NCBI GenBank assembly: GCA_030448025.1 | Contig: JAUJNQ010000001.1 | Location: 608,432-672,431, forward strand | Reading direction: 5' to 3' | DNA from: Acidimicrobiales bacterium | GTDB lineage: Bacteria; Actinomycetota; Acidimicrobiia; Acidimicrobiales; GCA-2861595 | DNA length: 64,000 nt | Part shown: piece after piece, positions 9,241-17,791 of the stretch | Layout of the letters: every line of letters starts with the position of its first letter | How positions within the stretch are numbered: position 1 is the stretch's first letter | Notes under the pieces: model-generated | What the model saw: the letters and a program-made list of their open reading frames with translations, nothing else | Told to the model about the DNA's origin: nothing | Databases searched by the model: none | Made by a program: the position numbers and the translations under genes

Positions 9241-10683
9241 TCAGTTCCGGCGCAGGTGCAGGGGTCGGCGCGGGAGCCCGCCGGGGACTGGCGCATAATC
9301 AGGGGCGCCCACTGCGGTCACGAGCATGGGGTCGGCTTCGGAGGCGAAGAACCGAGCCACCTCCCGGTCGTAGAAGGTGAGCCCGGTGGCGCCCAGACCA
9401 CGGTCGTAGGCGAAGAGGTGCAGGCGGCCCTCCACGATTCCGGCTTCGAGCTGGGCCGCCCGGTAGCCGCGGCTCCCGAGCGCGCCCAGCACGTCGTCCA
9501 GAGGAGCACAGTGGAAGGCGGTGTAGGCCCCGTTCCCGCCGAGGGCCTGGTCGAGGCAGAGGTGAGCGGCGACGTCACGCACCTGGCCCGTCCGCAGCTG
9601 CTCGAGCTCTCCTGATCGCCAGCGGTAGGCGCCCGGCTCCACGCCCTCGACGGCGTGCACCGTGAGGTAATGGTCCAGGAGCGTGGCGCCGTCGGCCACG
9701 AAGTCGCCCGGCACGGCCCTGGTGGCCCATGCCATGGCGCCGCCGAGCAGTTCGCCAGGAGCGGTGCGCCTGGGATCGAACTGACGGCACGAGCCCCGCC
9801 CGCGGATCACCTCGTCGAGGGGCCGGCGCAGGGATGGAGCATCGGAGGACCCACGCGGCGTCCCGAGGGGCGCGGCGGCCCGTCGCCACCCCTCCACGTC
9901 TTCGTCGGTGGCCAGGTCTCCGGCCCGCTGGGCCAGCGTGACGAGTGGGAACTCGAGCGGGTCGTCGGCGAGATGACCGACGGTTACCTCATCGGGATCG
10001 GGAAGGGTGGTGGAGGCCCCGGTCAGGGGGACGACGGCAAGGGCGACCTCGTGCACACCGTCCGCCCCCACCAGGGCGGCCACCACGTGGTCTACGAAGC
10101 CCAGCTCGACACGGGCCACCAGCCCCGCCTCCTCGGCCAGCGCCAGCGTCTGGGCCAGCATGGTGCCGGCGTCCCAGTAGAGATGCCGGAAGCCCCGCTC
10201 CCGGTACTTCCAGGCCGTTCGCCACGGCACGCCGGTGAGCACCAGCGCAGGGGGCGTCTCGGCGGGTGCGTCGCCAAGGCGGACGAGGGCGTGCTCGACC
10301 GGCTCGTAGTGGTAGACGCCCGCATCGAGGCCCGCCATGTCGCCGGTGACCACGTACACCTCGACGGGGGAGAGGTTCCCGGCTGACCCCGCGGCCCGGA
10401 AGTACACCTTCTCACCGGCCAGGTCTGCCGTCCTCACCACGCCGGCGGAGAGGAACAGCAGCCGGGACAGGAGGCCCACGCCCAACCCGCCGCCGGGGAT
10501 GAGCGAGATGTCGTCGGGCAGGAGGATGGCTTCCAGGCCGGGGTAGGTCTTGAACTGGGGCGGCTTGCGGTCCCACCGGAGGGGCTGGTAGTCCCGCACC
10601 AACCGAGGGTCGTTGGGACGCAGCCCGCTCGGGTCGTGCATGGTCAGCCGGTGGTAGCCCCGGGCGGCCTCGGGGTCGTTCAT
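9241..10683 (-). CDS. SagB/ThcOx-type nitroreductase-family dehydrogenase (two nitroreductase-like halves)
   Basis: 480 aa. N-terminal YHRLTMHD (SagB-type YHxxTKH-like motif), RGSCRQF, and C-terminal YRAAQLEAGIVEGRLHL...GLGATGLTFYD. Confidence 0.75.
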   Translation of the reverse strand: MNDPEAARGYHRLTMHDPSGLRPNDPRLVRDYQPLRWDRKPPQFKTYPGLEAILLPDDISLIPGGGLGVGLLSRLLFLSAGVVRTADLAGEKVYFRAAGSAGNLSPVEVYVVTGDMAGLDAGVYHYEPVEHALVRLGDAPAETPPALVLTGVPWRTAWKYRERGFRHLYWDAGTMLAQTLALAEEAGLVARVELGFVDHVVAALVGADGVHEVALAVVPLTGASTTLPDPDEVTVGHLADDPLEFPLVTLAQRAGDLATDEDVEGWRRAAAPLGTPRGSSDAPSLRRPLDEVIRGRGSCRQFDPRRTAPGELLGGAMAWATRAVPGDFVADGATLLDHYLTVHAVEGVEPGAYRWRSGELEQLRTGQVRDVAAHLCLDQALGGNGAYTAFHCAPLDDVLGALGSRGYRAAQLEAGIVEGRLHLFAYDRGLGATGLTFYDREVARFFASEADPMLVTAVGAPDYAPVPGGLPRRPLHLRRN

Positions 10684-10692
10684 GGCCCGGCG

Positions 10693-10941
10693 CTAGACGC
10701 GATGGGGACGGCGCAGCGGCGGGAGGGTGGGCGGGGGCCGCTGCCTCGGCGGCAGGTCGGCGAGGAGCTCGGCGGTGGCGCGTGCCACGGTCCTCACTGC
10801 CTCATCGAAGGCCGGACCGGTGCGAGCGGACGCCGCCTGGACGCCGCTCACCTTGCGCACGTACTGGCGTGCGGCCGCTTCGATCTCCTCAGTGGTGGCC
10901 GCGGGTTCGAGCCCTCGCAGGGTGGTTATGTTCCGGCACAC
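10693..10941 (-). CDS. DUF2277-family protein
   Basis: The family starts MCRNI as I recall it. Here the GTG at residue 13 of the track ORF gives (V)CRNITTLRGLEPAATTEEIEAAARQYVRKVSG. This start leaves 10 nt after the upstream small gene. Confidence 0.7.
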   Translation of the reverse strand: MCRNITTLRGLEPAATTEEIEAAARQYVRKVSGVQAASARTGPAFDEAVRTVARATAELLADLPPRQRPPPTLPPLRRPHRV

Positions 10942-10951
10942 GGCTACAAGC

Positions 10952-11113
10952 CTACGAGCCCGGATGAACAGCCTCACCGAACGCCGCGCAGTCGGGGTTC
11001 TCGCACAGGAAGCGGGTGTCCACCACGTTGGCGGGGTCGGCGGGGAGCGCCGTCACGCCACAGTGAGGGCAGATCGGCGCCCGGTCCACCTCGGCGTCGT
11101 TCCAGCCGCTCAT
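10952..11113 (-). CDS. small zinc-ribbon protein (53 aa)
   Basis: Own translation (below the track length cut-off): MSGWNDAEVDRAPICPHCGVTALPADPANVVDTRFLCENPDCAAFGEAVHPGS. It has CxxC plus CxxxxC. ATG start; ends 10 nt before the DUF2277 GTG. Confidence 0.45.
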   Translation of the reverse strand: MSGWNDAEVDRAPICPHCGVTALPADPANVVDTRFLCENPDCAAFGEAVHPGS

Positions 11114-11166
11114 CGGCCGCGATGATGCCATCCGTCCGCCAAAGCGTCCGGCGCCCGGGAGCCGGT

Positions 11167-12243
11167 ATGGTCACGGGCACCATTGGTGTCCAGAGCGTTC
11201 AGAGGGGGGCTGCAGTGGCAGGGTCGGCGCTGATCACGGGAGGTTCGGGGTTCATAGCGGCTCGCCTGGCGCCTGCCCTGGTGGAGGCCGGTTGGAAGGT
11301 GCTGGCGTGCGGGCGCAGCCCTCGCCCCGACTCGCTTCCCGAGGAGGCGGATTACCGCAACGCCGACCTGGCCTCGGGCGAGGGCCTGGACGAGCTCTTC
11401 GAGGGGATCACCCACGTCTTTCACCTGGCCGGTGCGTCGAGCTCCAACTCCACCGACGAGGAGATGCACCGCTCCAACGTGGTGGGCACCGAGAACCTTC
11501 TGAGCGCCGGCGCCGACGCTGGCTTCGAACGGTTCCTCTACATGAGCACCACCGCCATCTACGGTGAGGAAGCCCAACTGCCGGTACCCGTCCTCGAGAG
11601 CGTGGCGCCCCACCCAAGCCGCGGCTACGGCAAGACCAAGTGGGAGGCCGAGCAGGTGGTCTCCCGGTTCGGTGAGAAGGGCGTCCCCGTCGTCACCCTG
11701 CGCCCGGTGTCCACCTACGGCCCGACCAACGTCAAGCTGCTGGGCAGCGCCGCTCTCGACGTGGCCATCGAGCGCTACGACGGTCGGGAGACGCTGATGG
11801 TGCCCAATGCCCCCGTGGAGCAGCGCCTGGTCCACGTGGACGACCTGGTGGCGGCCACCATCCACCTGATGAAGCACGAGGACGCCGTGGGTCGTGTGTT
11901 CAACGTCACGTCGGGCCAGTACCCCACCAGCCACGAGATCGGTCGCATCCTGGCCGGGGAGTTCGGGATGGAGATGGAGCTGTGCGATGAGGACGCCGAC
12001 GACGAGTGCGGGCCGAGCTACGAGGAACGGGGGAAGATCCGCGACCGCATGCTGGCCGACGGCATGAAGGACGCCATCTTCTTCACCGAGGAACGGTTCC
12101 GGTTCATGCGCAAGCAGAACCGGAACAACCGGTTGAGCATCGACGCCCTGCTCGGCACCGGTTTCGAGCTGCAGGAGACCGACCTGGAAGCGAGCATCGC
12201 TGACACCATCGCCTGGTATCGCCGGGAACGCTGGGTGCTGTAG
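11167..12243 (+). CDS. NAD-dependent epimerase/dehydratase (extended SDR)
   Basis: Met178 of track ORF 10636-12243. ALITGGSGFIAARL Rossmann motif. An alternative GTG start at 11215 is possible. Confidence 0.85.
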   Translation: MVTGTIGVQSVQRGAAVAGSALITGGSGFIAARLAPALVEAGWKVLACGRSPRPDSLPEEADYRNADLASGEGLDELFEGITHVFHLAGASSSNSTDEEMHRSNVVGTENLLSAGADAGFERFLYMSTTAIYGEEAQLPVPVLESVAPHPSRGYGKTKWEAEQVVSRFGEKGVPVVTLRPVSTYGPTNVKLLGSAALDVAIERYDGRETLMVPNAPVEQRLVHVDDLVAATIHLMKHEDAVGRVFNVTSGQYPTSHEIGRILAGEFGMEMELCDEDADDECGPSYEERGKIRDRMLADGMKDAIFFTEERFRFMRKQNRNNRLSIDALLGTGFELQETDLEASIADTIAWYRRERWVL

Positions 12244-12267
12244 CCGGCCCCCGTCACCACACGTAGG

Positions 12268-13365
12268 GTGGCTGGCGTGAACGGCCAGCAGGCGGCGGTG
12301 GAGGCCCTCGGGATCGCCGTCGCCGCCCACGTCCCGGTGCTGTTGTGGGGTCCTCCGGGAACGGGCAAGACGTCCGCCGTCAAAGCCATGGCCGACGCCA
12401 TGGGATGGCCTTGCGAGACCGTCATCGCCTCCATCCGAGAACCTTCCGACTTCGCCGGCCTGCCCGTCGTGAGCGGTGGCCAGGTCCACTTCGCCGCGCC
12501 TCGCTGGGCGCAGCGCCTGGCCGACGCCGGGGGCGGCCTCCTGTTCCTCGACGAGATCTCCACCGCTCCCCCCGCGGTCCAGGCCGCGCTGCTGCGGGTG
12601 GTGCTGGAACGAGTGGTGGGCGACGTCGACCTGCCCGACGGCGTGATCGTGGTGGCGGCGGCCAACCCTCCCGAGCAGACCGCCGACGGCTGGGACCTGT
12701 CCGCGCCCCTGGCCAACCGCTTCTGCCACCTGTCGTGGGACGTGGAGCCCCAGGCCTTCGCCCAGGGCATGGCGGGCGGGTGGCCGGCACCCCGCCTGCC
12801 CTCATTGCCCGACGACTGGGAGTCCCGGCTCCGGCACTTCCGCAGCCTCATCGCCGCCTTCGTCACCGTGCGCCCCGGGCTCACGTGCGAGGTGCCCACC
12901 GATGCCGCCCGGGCCGGGCGCGGCTGGCCCAGCCCCCGCACGTGGGAGATGGCCTCGCGCCTCTGGACCGCAGCCATGGCCGCCGGGGCGTCCACCGAGG
13001 CCGAGACCGCGCTCGTGACCGGAGCGGTGGGCGACGGCGCCGGGGTGGAGCTGTTGATGTGGCACGAGGAGATGGACCTGCCCGACCCCGAGGACCTGCT
13101 GGCCGACCCGGACGGCACCGAGGTTCCCGAGCGCGGCGACCGCGCCTTCGCCGTGCTGTCCGCCGTAGCCGCCGCCGTGGCCGCCCAGCCCACGCCCGAG
13201 CGCTGGCTGGCCGGGTGGAAGGTGCTGGCCAGGGTCGGTGAGCACGCCCCCGACGTGGCCGCGGTGCCGGCTCGGGTCCTGGCACAGTGCCGCCCTGCCG
13301 GAGCCGTGGCCCCGCCCGAGGTAAAGCTGTTCATCCCCGTGCTCAAGGACGCCGGGCTGCTGTGA
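12268..13365 (+). CDS. MoxR-like AAA+ ATPase (AAA_5)
   Basis: 365 aa. Walker A GPPGTGKT and Walker B LLFLDEIS. Single AAA module typical of MoxR/CbbQ/NorQ-type chaperones. Confidence 0.9.
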   Translation: MAGVNGQQAAVEALGIAVAAHVPVLLWGPPGTGKTSAVKAMADAMGWPCETVIASIREPSDFAGLPVVSGGQVHFAAPRWAQRLADAGGGLLFLDEISTAPPAVQAALLRVVLERVVGDVDLPDGVIVVAAANPPEQTADGWDLSAPLANRFCHLSWDVEPQAFAQGMAGGWPAPRLPSLPDDWESRLRHFRSLIAAFVTVRPGLTCEVPTDAARAGRGWPSPRTWEMASRLWTAAMAAGASTEAETALVTGAVGDGAGVELLMWHEEMDLPDPEDLLADPDGTEVPERGDRAFAVLSAVAAAVAAQPTPERWLAGWKVLARVGEHAPDVAAVPARVLAQCRPAGAVAPPEVKLFIPVLKDAGLL

Positions 13366-14582
13366 CCGAGGGGCAGGCGAGCGGGGCTCCGCCACTGAAC
13401 GCCCACAAGCTCGCCGTGGCCCGCCTGTGGGCCGTGGAGCGCCATCCCTACCTGGCCTCTGCCCTGTTCGCCATCCAGCCTCTGGCCAAGCCAGGCCTCG
13501 GAGGTGCGGCGGTGGACGAGTCATGGCGCCTCTACGTGGACCCGGCCGTCGTGGAGGAGTGGAGCGTGGGAGTCCTGGGCAGCCTGCTCGTGCACCACAC
13601 CGGTCACCTGCTCCGGGACCATGCCGGCCGGGCGCAGCGCCTGGGCGTGGCCCGGGACACGTCCAAGGACTGGGCCCTCGCGGCCGATGCCGAGATCAAC
13701 GACGACCTGGTGGGCACCGGCCTCCGCCTGCTCGACCCGGTGTTGCCCCAGACCCTCGGTTGGAACCCGGGGCGCATGGCCGAGGAGTACTTTCATTGCG
13801 GCCACCGGGACACCGAGCTCGAGCCGGACTGCGGCAGCGGGGCCGACGGAGTGCGGCGGCCTTGGGAGCTGATGCGCGGAGATGGGGGTGGCCTGCCGCC
13901 CGGCGAGCGAAGGCTGATCGCCTGCCAGGTGGCCAGCCAGGTCCTGGGCCACAGCCGCGAGGGAAGGGGCCGCATGGCCAACAGCTGGGTGCGGTGGGCC
14001 GAGGAGCTGCTCGAGCCCAAGGTGGACTGGCGCAAGGCGCTGGGCGCCGAGCTGCGCAAGGGCGTAGGGGCGGTCTCGGGCCGGGTCGACTACACGTACC
14101 GCCGGCCATCGCGGCGTGCGAGCGTCAGCGGCGACGTCGTCCTGCCCGCCCTGGAGCGGCCCGTCCCCGACCTGGCCGTGGTGTGCGACACCTCGGGCAG
14201 CATGTCCGAGGCCCAGCTCGGCAGGGTGCTGGTGGAGGTGGACGGGCTGCTGCGATCACTGGGCCTGGCTCGCACTCGGGTCCGGGTCCTCGCCGCCGAC
14301 GCCGCGGTGCACACCGTGCAGAAGGTGGCCAACGCCGGGCAGCTGCGGCTCGTGGGCGGGGGCGGCACCGACATGGGAGCGGGCATCGAGGCCGCCGTTC
14401 GGCTGCGGCCGCGACCGTCGATTGTCGTCGTCCTCACCGACGGCATGACGCCGTGGCCGGCGAATCCCCCGAAGGGGGTCCAGGTCGTGGTGGGCCTCAT
14501 CGACGCCGGCGAGGCGCGAGGTGGACGGCCCTGGGCGGCCCCGGCCTGGGCTCGGGTCGTGCACATCGGCTCTGCTGCCTGA
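13362..14582 (+). CDS. VWA-domain protein with N-terminal DUF2201-like putative metallopeptidase region
   Basis: GTG overlaps the MoxR stop (GTGA). Contains HHTGHLLRDH (HExxH-like) and the MIDAS motif VVCDTSGSMS. Confidence 0.8.
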   Translation: MTEGQASGAPPLNAHKLAVARLWAVERHPYLASALFAIQPLAKPGLGGAAVDESWRLYVDPAVVEEWSVGVLGSLLVHHTGHLLRDHAGRAQRLGVARDTSKDWALAADAEINDDLVGTGLRLLDPVLPQTLGWNPGRMAEEYFHCGHRDTELEPDCGSGADGVRRPWELMRGDGGGLPPGERRLIACQVASQVLGHSREGRGRMANSWVRWAEELLEPKVDWRKALGAELRKGVGAVSGRVDYTYRRPSRRASVSGDVVLPALERPVPDLAVVCDTSGSMSEAQLGRVLVEVDGLLRSLGLARTRVRVLAADAAVHTVQKVANAGQLRLVGGGGTDMGAGIEAAVRLRPRPSIVVVLTDGMTPWPANPPKGVQVVVGLIDAGEARGGRPWAAPAWARVVHIGSAA

Positions 14583-14600
14583 ACGATGGCCGCTTGACGC

Positions 14601-15368
14601 GTGGCCGCCGGAGGCCGGTGGTGCGACCACATCGAGCCGTCGACGGCGCTGGTCGACTGCAACGGCGAACGCCACCGCGTCACCTGGCGACGGGGCAAGG
14701 TAGTGCTCGAGGACCACGACCTCAGCGCCGAGACGGCGATGCTGGCCTTTGGTGGTAGGCCCTTTCCTTGCCTTGGGGTGCTGCGGCGCTGGCGGGACAT
14801 GCACACCTGGGCCATGTCTGGTGAGCTCTTCCGGACCATGTCCACCCGTCTCGGCCCCGACGTGGTGCTCCCGGGCCCCCTGGAGCCGGTCCACCAGCTG
14901 GGCCTGATGCTCACGTGGGAGCGGACGTGGCGCCGCTCCTCGTTCTACGCCGGTTACGAGCGCCTCCTGCTCGAGCAGCTGCGCACCCGTGCCCTGCCTC
15001 CTCTGCGCGAGCACCTGGGGCTGTGGCGGGAGCGCAGCGGCGCTCGCCTGCTCTCCTCGGTGGAGGTGGAGGTCCTGCGGCCCGGCCGGGCGCCGTCGAT
15101 CGTGGGAACGATGGACGCGGTGCGGGTGAGGGCGACGGCGGCCATAGGTGTGTCGTGGATCCTTCGGGTCTGGGCCCGGGGACTGGCGTTGGTGGATGAC
15201 GCGTTCGTTCTCGACGTCGGCGAAGAATCCCATGAGACCCCGGTGCAGGTCGTGGCGGTTCGATGGGAGGAGGGCCGGGGCGGATCCTGGTCGCCCCGAG
15301 CTCTTCCTGGACGCGTCGTCAAAGATGCGAGCGGCGAGCGGGCCCTCGTCTGGAACGAACCGGTGTGA
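14601..15368 (+). CDS. hypothetical protein in the MoxR-VWA operon
   Basis: 255-aa ORF starting 19 nt after the VWA gene. Its stop overlaps the next gene's GTG. No family recognised. Confidence 0.5.
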   Translation: MAAGGRWCDHIEPSTALVDCNGERHRVTWRRGKVVLEDHDLSAETAMLAFGGRPFPCLGVLRRWRDMHTWAMSGELFRTMSTRLGPDVVLPGPLEPVHQLGLMLTWERTWRRSSFYAGYERLLLEQLRTRALPPLREHLGLWRERSGARLLSSVEVEVLRPGRAPSIVGTMDAVRVRATAAIGVSWILRVWARGLALVDDAFVLDVGEESHETPVQVVAVRWEEGRGGSWSPRALPGRVVKDASGERALVWNEPV

Positions 15369-16198
15369 GCGCGGCGGCGCGCTGGCGGCGTCTGGTCCGG
15401 GCCCGACTGGCCGAGGTGGCCAGCCTGTCGCCGGAGGCTGCGGTCGACACCCCGGAGTTCTGGGACGCCCAGGCGCGCCGGTTCGCGGCGCGCCTGCCAG
15501 GCCCCGCTCGCAACGACCCGTTCCTGGCGCGGGTCGGTCGTTCCGTCGGTCCCAAGACCACGGTGCTCGACGTGGGCGCGGGGCCGGGTCGCTACGCCCT
15601 TGCCCTCGCGCCCCGGGCGAGGGAAGTGGTGGCCGTCGACCCCAGCCAGGAGATGCTCAGACATCTTCGACGCCGGAGCCGGGGCCTCGGGATCGACAAC
15701 ATCCGTCCCGTCCACGGCAAGTGGCAGGACGTGGCCACCCCGACGGTCGACGTGGCGCTGTGCTCCTATGTCCTGCCCATCATCGAGGACGCAGCCGGCT
15801 TCTTGGCCAAGCTCGACGCCTCGTGCCGGAAGCGCGCCTTCCTCTACTTCGGCGCCATGAGTACCGACGCCGTCTTCGACCCGTTCTGGCGTCACTTTCA
15901 CGGCAAGTCCCGCCGGCCCGGGCCCACCTACCTGGACGCCGCCGACTTGCTCAGGGAGCTGGGGATGACACCCGAGGTGAAGGTCGTCGAGGTGAGGACG
16001 CGCACCCGGTTCACCAACCTGGCTGCCGCAGTGACCGCCTACCGCCAGAGCCTCCTGCTCCCCGACGAGGCCGACGTCCGGCGCGAGCTGCGAGGCCTGC
16101 TGCGGGAGTGGCTCGTGGAGGACGCCGGTGAGCTGCGAGCACCTCTACGGTCGGTACCGGCCGCGGTCATCTCGTGGGAGGGCGGGGGCGGCGACTGA
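15365..16198 (+). CDS. class I SAM-dependent methyltransferase
   Basis: GTG at residue 35 of track ORF 15263-16198 overlaps the upstream stop. Motif I is VLDVGAGPGRYA. Confidence 0.8.
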   Translation: MSAAARWRRLVRARLAEVASLSPEAAVDTPEFWDAQARRFAARLPGPARNDPFLARVGRSVGPKTTVLDVGAGPGRYALALAPRAREVVAVDPSQEMLRHLRRRSRGLGIDNIRPVHGKWQDVATPTVDVALCSYVLPIIEDAAGFLAKLDASCRKRAFLYFGAMSTDAVFDPFWRHFHGKSRRPGPTYLDAADLLRELGMTPEVKVVEVRTRTRFTNLAAAVTAYRQSLLLPDEADVRRELRGLLREWLVEDAGELRAPLRSVPAAVISWEGGGGD

Positions 16199-16792
16199 CA
16201 GGAGCCGAGGCCGGCGGGAAACGGTTGGCGTAGGATTCTCTGCCACCGCTCCTTCGAAAGGACGATGGTGCCTGCATCGATAAGGAGAAACCAGAGCGGG
16301 GCCGCGCCGTCCCGAGAAGACCTCGAGCGCGAGGCCGCCCGAGAGCTGGAGCGGGCCGGTGGAAGACCGCCTGGCCCGCCTTCATCGGTGGGGCAGTGGT
16401 CGCCACCGGCATTCGGAGAAGCGTTGATCTCCGATGAAGAGGGCCCGGCCGGGAGGGCGGGAGCAAGACGACCTCGATGACGACGAGGACGACGGCGAGG
16501 AGGACGAGGGAGCGGTCACCGAGCTCGCTCTCAACTGGTTGGCCGATCAGGACCGCCGGGGACCGAAGAGGTCGGCCGAGGACATGATCGTGCGAGTGGA
16601 TGCCTCATCGGCGAACGCCGCACGGGACCGCGCCCTGCAGGCCCATCTCGATCGCCAGGCGATGCTCAAGAAGGCGCAGGTCACACCCCCTGGGGCCAGA
16701 ACAAGCTCACCGTCGGGCAGCCCTTCTCCACCAAGAAGCACCCCCTCGGGAAGAAGGCCACCAAGAAGAAGGCGGCGGCCAAGAAGAAGGCG

Positions 16793-17791
16793 GTGGCCAA
16801 GCGTGCGGCGCCCCTCATCGAGGCCGAGAGCCTGCCCTTCGAGGACTACGAGGGGCTCACCGCCGCTCAGATCCTGTCGGTGCTCGACGAGCTCGACGAC
16901 GACGATCTGGACTTGGTGGCGGAGTACGAGGTGCAGCACCAGAACCGCTCACAGATCCTCGACGCCATCGACGACCTGTTCGAGGAGCCCGCCGCGCCGC
17001 CGGCCGAGAAGAAGACTGCGGCCCCGAAGAAGACTGCGGCCCCGAAGAAGGCTGCGGCCCCGAAGAAGGCCGTAGCCAAGAAGGCCGTGGCCAAGGCGGC
17101 CGTGGCCAAGAAGGCCGTGGCCAAGAAGGCCGTGGCCAAGAAGGCCGTGGCCAAGAAGGCCGTGGCCAAGGCGGCCGCGCCCGTCATCTCGGCGGACGTC
17201 GACCTGCCCATCGAGAACTACGACCGTCTCACTGCGGCCCAGATACTGCCGACTCTCGACGACCTCGACGACGACGAGCTGGACCTGGTGGCCGAGTACG
17301 AAGCGGCGCACCAGAACCGCTCCCAGGTCCTCGACGCCATCGACGCCATGTTCGAGGAAGAAGACGTCGACCTGCCCATCGAGAACTACGACCGTCTCAC
17401 TGCGGCCCAGATAGTGCCGGCCCTCGACGACCTCGACGACGACGAGCTGGACCTGGTGGCCGAGTACGAAGCGGCGCACCAGAACCGCTCCCAGATTTTC
17501 GACGCCATAGACGACCTGTTGGAGCAACCGTCGCCGCCTCAAGAGAACCTTCGTCAAGTCAAGAACCTTCGTCAAGAAGGCTCCGGTCAAGAAGGCTCCG
17601 GTCAAGAAGGCTCCGGTCAAGAAGGTCGTGGCCGCGAAGAAGAAGGTCGTGGCCGCGAAGAAGAAGGTCATGGCCAAGAAGGCCCCTGTCCCGAAGGCCG
17701 GCGCCAAGAAGTCAGTTCCCCGGTCGAGATAGCCCACTCCCGGCGGGAGGAGTGGTGGGCCCTCAGACCTGCCTGGCCCGGATCAGGCTGA
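16793..17791 (+). CDS. repeat protein: three acidic ~50-aa modules alternating with Lys/Ala-rich (AKKAV/PKK) tracts; the gene probably extends 16265-17732 across frame changes
   Basis: The track ORF frame holds module x3 (..[44 protein letters not shown]..) and the AKKAV repeats (17006-17179). A Lys-rich tail [24 protein letters not shown] is in the +1 frame and ends at 17732. Upstream K-rich and acidic parts lie in other frames. The ATG at 16265 has a GAAAGGA SD-like site. Confidence 0.55.
   Translation: MAKRAAPLIEAESLPFEDYEGLTAAQILSVLDELDDDDLDLVAEYEVQHQNRSQILDAIDDLFEEPAAPPAEKKTAAPKKTAAPKKAAAPKKAVAKKAVAKAAVAKKAVAKKAVAKKAVAKKAVAKAAAPVISADVDLPIENYDRLTAAQILPTLDDLDDDELDLVAEYEAAHQNRSQVLDAIDAMFEEEDVDLPIENYDRLTAAQIVPALDDLDDDELDLVAEYEAAHQNRSQIFDAIDDLLEQPSPPQENLRQVKNLRQEGSGQEGSGQEGSGQEGRGREEEGRGREEEGHGQEGPCPEGRRQEVSSPVEIAHSRREEWWALRPAWPGSG
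17195..17530. repeat. near-perfect 168-bp tandem duplication (2 copies) inside the repeat-protein gene
   Basis: Copy 1 is 17195-17362 and copy 2 is 17363-17530. Both begin gacgtcgacctgcccatcgagaactacgaccgtctcactgcggcccagata and differ at only a few positions by eye. Confidence 0.85.

Noticed and set aside
9241-11113. Thiazole/oxazole RiPP (TOMM) cluster with the 53-aa Cys protein as precursor
   Set aside because: There is no YcaO cyclodehydratase, E1-like partner, protease or transporter nearby. The Cys pattern looks like a structural zinc ribbon rather than a core peptide.
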